DNA of 64,000 bases. Origin: the human T2T-CHM13v2.0 reference genome, Homo sapiens. This document shows positions 41,641 through 55,320 of the stretch, in pieces. Numbering within the stretch: position 1 is the first letter of the stretch; the number at the start of each line of letters is the position of its first letter. The DNA is taken from NCBI RefSeq assembly GCF_009914755.1, contig NC_060927.1. One strand, 5' to 3'. The notes below the pieces were generated by a model. The model was not told the origin of the DNA. It saw only the letters and a list, made by a program, of their open reading frames with translations, and did no database searches. The position numbers and the translations under genes were made by a program.

Positions 41641-42105
41641 TGTATTAGTTTCCTATTGCTGCTATAACAAATTTCCGCAAACTGAACAACTTAAAACAAT
41701 ACAAATAGATATTACAGTCCTGAAAGAAATAAATCTAAACTCAGTTTTCATAGCCTAAGATCAAGGTGTTAGCTGAGCTGCATTCCTTCTGGAGGCTCTA
41801 GAAGAAAATCTTTCCTTTCCTTTCCTAGCGTCTAGAGGCTGTCTTCATTTTGTGGTTCCTGCTTATGCATCACATCACCATTTTTCCTTGATATCACCTT
41901 CTCATCACCTTCTGTTTTTTCCCAGATCTTCTTATCTCCCCTTTGTGAGGACCTCTGTCATTACGTTGGGGCCAGCTGGATAATCCAGTGTACTCTCCGC
42001 AACTTAATCACATCTGCAAAGTTCCTTTGCTATTCAAGGTAACATAGTCACAAGTTCCAGGGATAAGATGGGAACATCTTTGGCAGTATATTATTCAGCT
42101 GGCCA
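41641..42105 (-). mobile_element. MLT1C/D-type MaLR solo LTR
   Basis: TGTATTAGTTTCCTATTGCTGCTATAACAAAT...CTTAATCACATCTGCAAAGT..AAGGTAACATA. Confidence 0.85.
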
Positions 42106-42195
42106 GTCATCAAGCAAACGTAGTCCATTTTATAAAACTGTTATTATTCATTAAAATTGAACACTTAAGTTTAAGAGAAAAACAATTTACATGGT

Positions 42196-42566
42196 TGATA
42201 TGGTTTGGCTTTTTGTCCCCACCCAAATCACATCTTCAATTGTAATACCCAGGTGTTGAGGGAGGAACCTGGTGGGAAGTGATTGGATCATGGGGGCAGT
42301 TTCCCCCATCTTGTTCTCATGATAGTGAGTGAATTCTCACAAGATCTGACGGTTTTATAAGTGTTTGGCAAGTTCCTCCTTTGCTCACTTTTCTCTACCT
42401 GCTGCCTTGTGAAGAAGGTGCCTGTTTCCCCTTCACCTTCCACTATGATTGCAAGTTTCCTGAGGCCTCCCCAGCCATGTGGAACTGTGCCAATTAAATC
42501 TCTTTCCTTTATAAATTACCCAGTCTTGGGTACTTCTTTATAGAAGTGTGAAAACAGACTAATACA
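42196..42566 (+). mobile_element. THE1D/MSTA MaLR solo LTR
   Basis: TGATATGGTTTGGCT...GACTAATACA; perfect 5-bp TSD ATGGT. Confidence 0.92.
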
Positions 42567-43018
42567 ATGGTAGAATAAAATACTTGCATAGTAGACAAAA
42601 CTCTCTGGACTATTTACATACATAACATGAATAGAAAACTTTATGCATTTTAATGGCCCCGAATTAATTAGCAGGAAAGCTTCACTTTTAATAATCCTGT
42701 ATTAATGCTACAAAAAACTATCTCACAGTTTTTGATTTTTTAAAGTTTGTTTTTCTCTGATTGCTGAGATTGAATTTTATCTTATGTATAATGTCCATTC
42801 TGGTGTCCTTTTCCTGATGCTTTGCTTATGTTTTGTCTGCTTTTCTTTTGGGTTGTTCATTTCTTCACTCATTGAATTATATGTATTTTTATATGTTCTT
42901 AATATTGAACTTATTCAGTATTAGATATGTTGCAGATGCCACTTTTCTGTCTATAAATTAACCTTTAAATTTGTTTATAATATTTTATAGCAGAATTTCT
43001 TTTCTTTTTTTTTTTTTT

Positions 43019-43970
43019 GGCTTAACACGATATAGATTTATTTCTCAGTCATATCAAAAAACAGTGCAGGCTGGAAGGGGGTTCCATCTCAGATGGATAC
43101 GCAGGTCCAGCCTCCTTCCATCAGGCTCCACGCTCTCCTCAGAGTTCTCCGCTGGATTCTCTAAGCCAAGCTGGAAAAGAGAGAGCATGGAGGATTGTGC
43201 AGAAGTTTTTATGAGTCAGGCCTAGAATGGCATGCATTACATCCAGCCATAGTCCACTGGACAGAATTCAGTGACATGGTTGCCCGTAACCACAAGGGAG
43301 GATAGAAAATTGTCATCTGGTTATACGCTTAGGAGGAAAATGAGTGATCAAATAAACAATTATTCAATCTCTGCCATAGACCTCCAATCTGGTCATCAAA
43401 TATTTGTGTAATCTTCCTCTCATAGGCAATCCAAAGGAGACAACCCCAAAGTCCCTCAAAGCCCCACCCAGTCTCTGCACCCAGATTAAGTCTAGGATCT
43501 CCAAGGACTGCATGGTCCCCTCCATCACATCTAGATGTGACCTCTTCGACTCTAGAGACCTGTCACTTTGGATTAAAAAACGAATTTACCTGCTTTGCTT
43601 TGCATTAGCCCTCCCCCATATCAACCCAATATACTATGATGGGTTAGGGGCAGGGTATTCTCAATAGAAACTCTCACTTATAAAGGGATAGAAGAGAGAT
43701 ACAACAACATTGGCCCTTAGCTAGACAGTCAGTAAAAAGGCTCCCTCCCCTGGGATAGAAGAAGTACTTTAGTTACACCCTAATTCTGCAATCTGGGAAG
43801 AACTCATTTCTCCTTCATTCTCTAGGGCCCCTGGTTTGGCCCTTTGTGGTGTTTTTTTCTAGTCTATAATTTCTCTGTCCCTCTCTGAAGTCTGGAGAGC
43901 TGGAGTATATGTGCTTATGGAGTTTATGTGCTTAGAGCTTTTACAGGAGTGAGGCAAATCTGGAAGTCCA
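43019..43970 (-). mobile_element. MLT1J/K-type LTR (to ~43378) plus putative adjoining MaLR internal sequence, within the retroposed insert
   Basis: CAGGCCTAGAA..GCATTACATCC..CCACTGGACAGAATTCAGTGACATGG...TCTCTGCCATA; LTR is cut at its poly(A) site. Confidence 0.65.
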
Positions 43971-44115
43971 CCCTGGCCTCTCAAAGTGCTGGGATTACAA
44001 GCGTGGGGTTTCACCATGTTGGCCAGGCTGTTCTCAAACTCCTGACCTCAAGTGATCTGACTGCCTTGGCCTCTCAAAGCGCTGGGATTACAGGCCTGAG
44101 CCACTGTGCCCAGCC
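43971..44115 (-). mobile_element. Rearranged AluS left-arm fragments
   Basis: Left arm without tail plus a second copy of the TGGCCTCTCAAAG..CTGGGATTACA segment. Confidence 0.85.
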
Positions 44116-44394
44116 TATTATTCATTTTCACAAGAATCTTGTGAAGTAGATACTTGTATCAGTTAGGGATACTTGTATTAAGTCAGAGATACTTGATACT
44201 TGTATTAAGTCAGAGAGGCAGGACCTCTAGGAGCCATGCAGAATAAGGAATTTTTATTGGGATTTGGCCTTATGCAATTGTAGGATCTGGTTAAACAATG
44301 TATGTGTGACGGTTTTTTGTTTGTTTTTGTTTGGTTTTGTTTTTTTGCATCTGGTGCTGGGTCCTGAAGTGAGTAGGACAAGCATTAGGGAACT

Positions 44395-44548
44395 GTGGCT
44401 GTTAGTCTCTACGATGATGGCCCCAGTGATTCCTGCTTCCTAGTATTTACACCCTTGTGTAGTCCCGTCTCATATGGTACCAGTAGCAATCTGTGTGACC
44501 GACAGATACAGCAGTAGCGATGGCATGTCACTTCTGAGATTGGGTTAT
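44395..44548 (+). mobile_element. MLT1F-like LTR 5' fragment
   Basis: GATGGCCCCAGTGATTCCTGCTTCCTAGTATTTACACCCTTGTGTAGTCCC...ATGTCACTTCTGAGATT. Confidence 0.7.
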
Positions 44549-44776
44549 AGCAGAATTTCTAATATTAACTTGGTCAGATTTATCCATGTTTTCTCTACAC
44601 TATGTGCAATGTGCTATCTTTAAAAAATCCTTTCTACCCTCAGGTCATCAAAATTTATCCTACGTTGTTTTTGCAAATTTGGGATCCTTTTTGTTGTTTT
44701 TAAAAAATTATAACTATAATATTTTTATATGATCTAATACTGACATAATTTTATTTCTGATAAGATACCCAGCCAA

Positions 44777-45087
<311 letters not shown>

Positions 45088-46003
45088 CTAGCCAAATTTT
45101 CTAGCATCTCCCTAGGTGACTGTCTCCTTGGAAATTTGAGCACCACCTCTATTCTCTGCAATTTTTCATATTTGCCTCTGTTTTGAGTTTCTATATAATG
45201 TTCTGGTAATCTGCTTGTCACTGTTTCAGTCACTGTATCTTTCCAAAAAATAAATAAATAAAAAACAAACATAAGGTTTTATTCTCATAGGATTTGTCTC
45301 TTTTTTTCTGTTTTCCCCTTAAGAATTACTTCAACTTTTATTGGAATTTCAACCAAACCCATTAATTTTAGAATTACTTTGTCAGGTTTCATGAAAAAAC
45401 ACTTAAAATTTCCACTGAAATTACAATGAATTTATAGATTAGCTTGAAGTGAATTACAACTAGTCTCGTCACTCCATCCACAAATGTAGCTAATCTCTAA
45501 ACTTATCACTTTTTATATATTTTAAAACCCTTAAAGGCTTGACATTGTCTTCATAAAGTTTTTGTAACTGAAATTTTAGATGGATTTCTCAGTACCCTGT
45601 CATTTGTTGCTATTACTAATGAAATAGATTTTCCTGACTACCCTTGCAATTGGCTATTCCTGATGTATGTAAACACTATCAAATATTATATATTGATCCT
45701 TTCTCCAAAAACTTTACTGAATTAACACTAATTTATAAATTTGGCTAGTAAATTTCTTAGATTACAATGTACAACCTTTTATCCACAAATAATAATTGTA
45801 TCTCCTCCTTTTAAATAGCCTGCCTGTTTTCCTTCCTTCCTTTCTTCCATTTTTTTTGCTTATTGTGTAGGATGTGACTACCAGTAGATTAAAGAACAAT
45901 GGTGATGATGGCAGACATACCCCTATTGTTTCTGATTCTAATTTGATTTGTCTTCTAAATTTAGACCACTAACTGTGATGTTAGTAGTTACCATGTATCA
46001 GAT

Positions 46004-46356
46004 TGACATGATTTGGCTCTGTGTCCCCACCCAAGTCTCATCTCAAATTGTAATCCCCATGTGTTGAGGAAGGAACCTGGTGGGAGATGATTGGATCATG
46101 AGGGCGGTTTTCCCCATGCTGTTCTTGTGATAGTGAGTTCTTACGAGATCTGATGGTTTAAAACTGTGGCACTTCCCCCGCTCTCTCTCCTGCTGCCGTG
46201 TAAGACATGCCTTGCTTTCCCTTTACCTCCTGCCATGGTTGTAAGTTTCCTGAGTTCTCTCCAGCCATGCGGAACTGTGAGTCAATACACTTTTTTGTTT
46301 ATAAATTATCCAGTCTCAGGCAATTCTATACAGCAGTGAGAAAATGGACTAACACA
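46004..46356 (+). mobile_element. THE1D/MSTA MaLR solo LTR
   Basis: TGACATGATTTGGCTCTGTGTCCCCACCCAA...GGACTAACACA; perfect 5-bp TSD CAGAT. Confidence 0.92.
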
Positions 46357-46546
46357 CAGATTAAGGACAATGCTTTCTATTTCTGTTTGGGATGAGATTT
46401 TAACAAGTATGTTACTGGATTATATTAAAAGCCTTTTCCATATCTATTTAGGAGATTACTAGACTTTTTAATACATTACTTTTAATATATTAATGAAATG
46501 ATTACATTTGTTTTTCATGTGAATTATCCTTATGATTGTGGATTAA

Positions 46547-46868
<322 letters not shown>

Positions 46869-48879
46869 TGTGTTTCTTTTAGACAATGTTAGATTTTACT
46901 TGCTAGTGCTTTGTCTAAGAATTAACATAAAATTTTTATCCTTTATAATCCCAGTTGGGTTTTGATATTAGTTTTATGATCCTAAACAGAATAGGATACA
47001 TTTAGCAAATACTGTGACTGTTCTATGAAGCCTAGTAAAGTGAAACTGTGAAGCTGACTGAAGTCTGATTTTTTTATGTGGGGTGAAAAAAAAGAGAGAA
47101 CAGAAAGTTTAACTAAGTCACTAGTTCTCCAGCATTTGGTCTTATGACCATTTTACATGCTTATAAACTCTGAGGACTTTAAAAAGTCTGTTTCTGCTAG
47201 TTATATCTATGAATATTTGCAATATTAACTTTAGTCAGAGACTATCACTTATATAATACTGTTTTTCTGAAATTTTTTGAGAATCTCTTTGTGGCCTTGT
47301 AATAAATAAGTTTATACAAGTGTGTGAATAAGCACTAAAAAGAATGTATATTCTTTGGGTGTTGGATGAAAGATTTTATATACATTTATTAATTTAAGCT
47401 TATTAATTTTGCTGTTCCATTATGGTATAGCCTTACTAACACTGTTGTCACTTTCTGCCTTCTTTATATGTTTCTAAATTTTCCAAAAGTATAATTATTT
47501 TCATTTTATATGTCATAAATCCTGGTTAGGTTGTTAAATGCATAAAAGTCTTGAGAGTTATATATTCTTAGCAGATTGTTTCTTTTAACATAAAGTGATG
47601 TTCCTATTTCTTTTGTATTTTTGGTTCCTATGTACTAGACATTTCAACTCTTTATTTTCAAAATTTCTCTAGCCTTAGATTTTAGTTGTCACTTTTATTA
47701 ACTCCATATAGCTAGTTCTTTTTTAATCTTATTTAATGCTCTGTTTTAATAGGTGAATTTAGTAATTTTACTTTTATTGTATTACTGATATATTGGACCT
47801 TGACCGAATCTCCAAGTAGTTGTTGTAGCCTTTACTTCCACAGTCTGTACAGATATACCAATACACCATTTCCTGGGCTAATATTTTCATTTGCACATCT
47901 CCTATTGTTTATTATCCAAGCTTCATATAATATATATACACTTCTCAATACAATGGCTTTGTCCAGTGTTTGCATAGAATAAAATTATGTTTCATCCACA
48001 AAACTCATACAATGTTTTTCACAAAATTAAGTAGGGGAGAAATCTAGAGTTATTTTTCATATACATTATTAAATGGGATGACCTTATTACTATAGATATT
48101 CTGAAAAGTATTTGGAGTGTCAAGAAAGCAGATTCACATCCTGGATGTCAATGGCACTGAGAAGGCAACTTGTACATGTTACTGTGTAGAAGACTACTGG
48201 TTGTTAGCAACCATATTAAAGTTCATAAGCAATGTGTATAGCATGGTTTGTTATTGGAAAGCACATTGCCATATTGTGCACATTTTAGGAAATTGATAAG
48301 TTCACAGGTAAAAGACAATAACTTCTTCCCGTTTAAAAAGTAGGAAATAGCTTTCCAATTAGCAAATTGCCTAAAATGTGGGCAAAACATCTGATTTTTA
48401 AAAACAGATTACAGATATTAGGTAACAGATGTCTGTATTCAGTTCTGACATTTCAATTGCTCAAAGTGGTTTCGTTTCTCACTCACTGCTGTAGTTTTGT
48501 AATCCACTAAAGTAACGGTACCCCAAAATGTTTCTTTTCTAACTTCTGACCTCTGCTATTTGTTTTAACAAATTTTATTATATTTTATCTCACCTGGTTA
48601 GTAAATCACCTTGAAAAAGTGTGAAATTATTTAAAAAAAAATGAAAGCTAAATAAGCCCTTTTAAAAAAGAAAATGAGAAGCTGGGCTTTTATATAGGAA
48701 ATTTAAACAAAAGAGCTTGAAATTCTACAAGAGACATTTGAATAAGTGAAGCAGAATTTATATAAGATACATTTAACGTTTCGTTATATGATGCATAGAT
48801 TTTGAAATGTTTCTGCCACATGTTTAAAAAAACTAATAGTATGAAAATTGGATTCTAGACATAATATCAAGTAAAAATA

Positions 48880-50620
<1,741 letters not shown>

Positions 50621-50621
50621 G

Positions 50622-51100
50622 TGTCTTAGCTTGGGCTCTTCTCGAAAGTAGACCCTGAAATAGGGATTTGGATGCATGTAATTTGAGAGTTGATCACATA
50701 AAGTACAAGTGAGGACATGGAGAAGGTAAGACAGGGAAGAAGGGAAAGCAAGCAAAGAAAGTTGCACTAATGAGCCGATGCCACTGCAGACAGTATGGGC
50801 TTATTCTTGCTGCTGTTAACTCTCTGAGAACCATTTGGAACAGGTTTGTCCTGCTCATGTTTCACTGGAGGATGAGGATGGAGGATGAGGATGAGGAGGA
50901 TGAGCAGTCTGTGCCACCTAGGACCAGACTCCCAACCTGTTGTTTGAGGGTTGCCCCATGGGAATTAACCACCCACGTCCTCTTTCTATCAACAGTTTTT
51001 CATTGTGACAGAGAAAGTGCAAGACCCCATCTTTCCCACATGCAGTTGAATCCAGGTGGGCTGCAGGGCTATGATGCACAGCATCAGTAATGCCTGTTAC
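50622..51100 (-). mobile_element. Ancient ERVL-class LTR with a (GAGGAT)n tract at 50867-50902
   Basis: TGTCTTAGCTTGGGCTC...AGACCCTGAAATAGGGATTTGGATGCA; family uncertain. Confidence 0.5.
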
Positions 51101-51674
51101 AGGCTGTGTGCTGATTGCCTGGCTGTGACAATTTCTCATGCCATCTCCTTATGACTAGTACGCTTTTATGTATAAGTGTTACACTTCAATAAGAAGTTTA
51201 TTTAAATATTGTTCAAAGTAAATGCATGAACTATGAATGCAGTGTCATTCCAGAAAAAGGATAATAGCTGAGATGCCTTATATTTAAGAGCAAACCCTTC
51301 TCCCAACTACTCTGGCTCAAGTTTCAAGGTGATCCAATCAGCTAGTGTTTGTCTCAATAATAGCAGCATCTCAGAGTCCCTTACATGACAAAGTTTTGCC
51401 AATATAGAGAATGATGCTGGCCATGCAATTCAACCTGTGCTTACAAACATAATTATTCACTCGGTCACTCAGTCACTCCCTTGTTCATCGAGTATTGAAT
51501 ACTCATTCAGTGAGTATTCAACTGACCATGCAGTTGGTCAAACACTGCATGTGGTTCTGGTGATAAAATGATGAGCAAATTCTTCCCCCACCTTCAAGGC
51601 ATTCATAGACCAGTAAGGAGGAGAGATATGTCACCAATTAAATATGACAGAAATAGTTTAGAAATAAAACAGCA

Positions 51675-52055
<381 letters not shown>

Positions 52056-53176
52056 TCAGTTTTGTCCAAGACGTCTGAGAATGGCATTGCAGAGACACTT
52101 GAAGGAGGAGAAGATTTTGGTGAGATGAAAAAAGCAGGCAAAGACGACAAATGTAAACAAAGACAGGAGGCTGCGGGTGCTTTCGATTGAAGGAGGATGT
52201 AATCAAGTATGGCCCAACTCTACACGGTGGTGTGGGTGGTAGGGAAATGAGTTATGGAGCTGATGTGGTAGGGAGAGTCAGATGGTAAGAGGCCTGAAAT
52301 TGTACATTATTGTAACCAATATTTATTTTATACATAAGGTAGAATCTTCAAAAGTTTTGTAAGTAAGTGAGGAAGTGACATCAGCAAACCCCTGTCTTAA
52401 TAAGCAGAGACATTAAGTGGAGGATAACTTGGAATGAAGAAAAACTATAGACAATGAGGTCAGTTGAGAGGCTACTGAAATACTTCAAGGAAAGGCAATA
52501 TGGGCATCTACTTAGTAGAGTCTAGAGGTAATATCTCTATAAACGTCCAAGTTTTACCACTATGTGTGGTCCTAGCCCCAGACAGACTATAATGTGCTAT
52601 TCAAGTAATAAGCACCCTTGACAGACAAGCAAAGGGAAAAATAGCCCTCTCTAGGAACCTAAAATATATTTACAGAAGTGAGACAAGGCAAAGAAGCACA
52701 ATTTAAACACCCTGATACAAAATCCTGTAAAATAATAAAAGAGAAAATGAGCAAATAAAATAGAGCTGAATGTGTAAGGAACCAATAAAGCTATCTCTAG
52801 TGACTAAGTTATTAAATTAACACACACACACACACACACACAAACACACAAAGAAAATGAAATTTTTGTGAGAAAAATTTCTTGGTGCATTTTTTTTTGT
52901 TTTTTGTTTTTACAAAAAAAGGAAAGGTCTAAAATATAATTAATAGCAGATTAACAAGTCAGAAAAGCACAGGGCTTTGCACGGAATTTTAGGAATATAA
53001 TTCGTATATATAAAATGTATAGACTAAATAAAAGAAAACAAATTACTAATATGCTTTGGGAAAAAAGTTGAACTTCCAATAAATAGAACTATTTTCTAGG
53101 GGAAAAAATAAGTACATGCAGCAATTCTAGAAGGGGAAAAGGACACTTAACAAAGCTGTTAAAAATCATAAGAACA

Positions 53177-54237
53177 ATGGCAACAAAAGCCAAAATTGAC
53201 AAATGGGATCTAATTAAACTAAAGAGCTTCTGCACAGCAAAAGAAACTACCATCAGAGTGAACAGGCAACCTACATAATGGGAGAAAATTTTTGCAACCT
53301 ACTCATCTGACAAAGGACTAATATCCAGAATCTACAATGAACTCAAACAAATTTAAAAGAAAAAAACAAACAACTCCATCAAAAAGTGGGCGAAGGATAT
53401 GAATAGACACCTCTCAAAAGAAGACATTTATGCAGCCAAAAAAAACACAGGAAAAAATGCTCATCATCACTGGTCATCAGAGAAATGCAAATCAAAACCA
53501 CAATGAGATACCATCTCACACCAGTTAGAATGGCAATCATTAAAAAGTCAGGAAACAACGGTGCTGGAGAGGATGTGGAGAAATAGGAACACTTTTACAC
53601 TGTTGGTGGGACTGTAAACTAGTTCAACCATTGTGGAAGTCAGTGTGGCAATTCCTCAGGGATCTTGAACTAGAAATACCATTTGACCCAGCCATCCCAT
53701 TACTGGGTATATACCGAAAGGATTATAAATCATGCTGCTATAAAGACACATGTACACATATGTTTATTGCGGCACTATTCACAATAGCAAAGACTTGGAA
53801 CCAACCTAAATGTCCAACAACGATAGACTGGATGAAGAAAATGTGGCACATATACACCATGGAATACTATGCAGCCATACAAAAGGATGAGTTCATGTCC
53901 TTTGTAGGGACATGGATGAAACTGGAAACCATCATTCTCAGCAAACTATCGCAAGGACAAAAAACCAAACACCACATGTTCTCACTCATAGGTGAGAAAT
54001 GAACAATGAGAACACATGGACACAGGAAGGGGAACATCACACACTGGGGACTGTTGTGGGGTGGGGGGAGGAGGGAGGGATAGCATTAGGAGATATACCT
54101 AATGCTAAATGACGAGTTAATGGGTGCAGCACACCAACATGGCACATGTATACATATGTAACAAACCTTCACGTTGTGCACATGTACCCTAAAACTTAAA
54201 GTATAATAATAAAATTAAAAATAAAATAAAATACAAA
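53177..54237 (+). mobile_element. L1PA3/4-like 3' ~1.06 kb
   Basis: ORF2 C-terminus (ORF 53631-54002); perfect 16-bp TSD AAAAATCATAAGAACA (53161-53176, 54238-54253) at a TT/AAAA site. Confidence 0.95.
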
Positions 54238-54269
54238 AAAAATCATAAGAACACACACACATACCTATC

Positions 54270-54910
54270 TGTACATTCAACAGGTACTTCTCACACACCT
54301 CTTATTTGCCAGGCACTGTTCCAGGGCTGGAGATACAGCAGTGAATGAAACAGATACAAATCCCTTCCTCACGAAACACACATTATCATCCACTTTGCAA
54401 TCAATCTATTCCTTACATTTCTAAAACGCAGTCCGATCTCACCCCCTGCTTAAACCCTCCAGGGGTGTGCCAGCATGAACCCTCACTATTCTCTATGTAG
54501 CCCAGCCAGACCAAGCCCTCCCATACCTCTCTAATCTCATTTTCTTCCATCTACTTCCTTGCTTTCAATAGTCCCACTATACTAGCCTTCTTTATGTTCT
54601 TCAAATACTTCAAGCTTATTTCTATTTTAAAGCTCTGTCTCTTGCTTTTCCCTCTGCCTTGCAAGACTTGCCCCAGATATTCACATGATGCTGCCTAAGC
54701 CCTGCAGACTCAGCTCAAGTATTCTCTCCTTGGTGACATTTTCTGGACTGCACAAGCTCAGAGCACTTAGCACTTTAAAATTGTTTTATCATCTCCTCTA
54801 AGCTCCACAAGAGCATGGAGCATGTCTAACACATTCAACAGTAGAGATGCCTAGTGCCTGTAAGTGCTTGACAAACAGTAGATGTTCAAAAAGGACTGCT
54901 GTTACATGAC
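54270..54910. mobile_element. L2 fragments (antisense ~54270-54375, sense ~54390-54910)
   Basis: GCCAGGCACTGTTCCAGGGCTGGAGATACAGCAGTGAA; CCCCTGCTTAAACCCTCCAG; AAGCTCCACAAGAGCA. Confidence 0.7.
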
Positions 54911-55109
54911 CGAGTATGTGTGCATATGGTTTAGTGAGAGAAGGTCACTTGAAAATTGCAACTTAGCCAATTGCCCAGCCATGAAAATTTAAAGAAGAAT
55001 AAGCTCTTTCTGCCAATTCATGCTGTTTGTGCTATGCCCTTATGTGGCAGGTTCTCAAATCAGCAACGGGTATTTGGTGGCAGAATGGCAGTGGTGATTT
55101 TGGTGATGA

Positions 55110-55320
55110 TGATGATGACTAAATGAGTTTTCCTGCACTGTACCCTCAGATAACAAGTCTGTACACAGGCCAAAAACCTCAACCAACCAACCTCCAACTA
55201 ACGGTCAGAAAAGATAGAAAGTAAATTTTTTTCTGCTCCTGAATTTTAATTGTGACTTGCAACGTACATGTGTTTCACCTTTATCTTCTCTAAGCGCAAG
55301 GCACTGTCAGTTTTCCTCAG
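55110..55320. promoter_or_regulatory. Candidate haematopoietic/erythroid-type enhancer (motif cluster)
   Basis: CTG-N7-AGATAA 55138-55153, TAACGG 55199-55204, AGATAG 55212-55217, CATGTG 55267-55272, TTATCT 55281-55286 in sequence with no recognised repeat. Confidence 0.3.

Larger units (their letters stand above)
43001..44544 (-). pseudogene. Retroposed non-coding TE-mosaic sequence (retrocopy or orphan 3' transduction) inserted in an old antisense L1M
   Basis: Perfect 16-bp TSD TTATAGCAGAATTTCT (42985-43000, 44545-44560); T-tract 43001-43018; minus-strand AATAAA at 43037-43042; TT/AGAA nick site. Confidence 0.8.

Noticed and set aside
50770-51090. 106-aa ORF with acidic EDEDEEDE stretch
   Set aside because: Arises from a (GAGGAT)n microsatellite within an old LTR.
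54055-54080. G-quadruplex-like G-tract
   Set aside because: Standard feature of L1PA 3'UTRs, not locus-specific.
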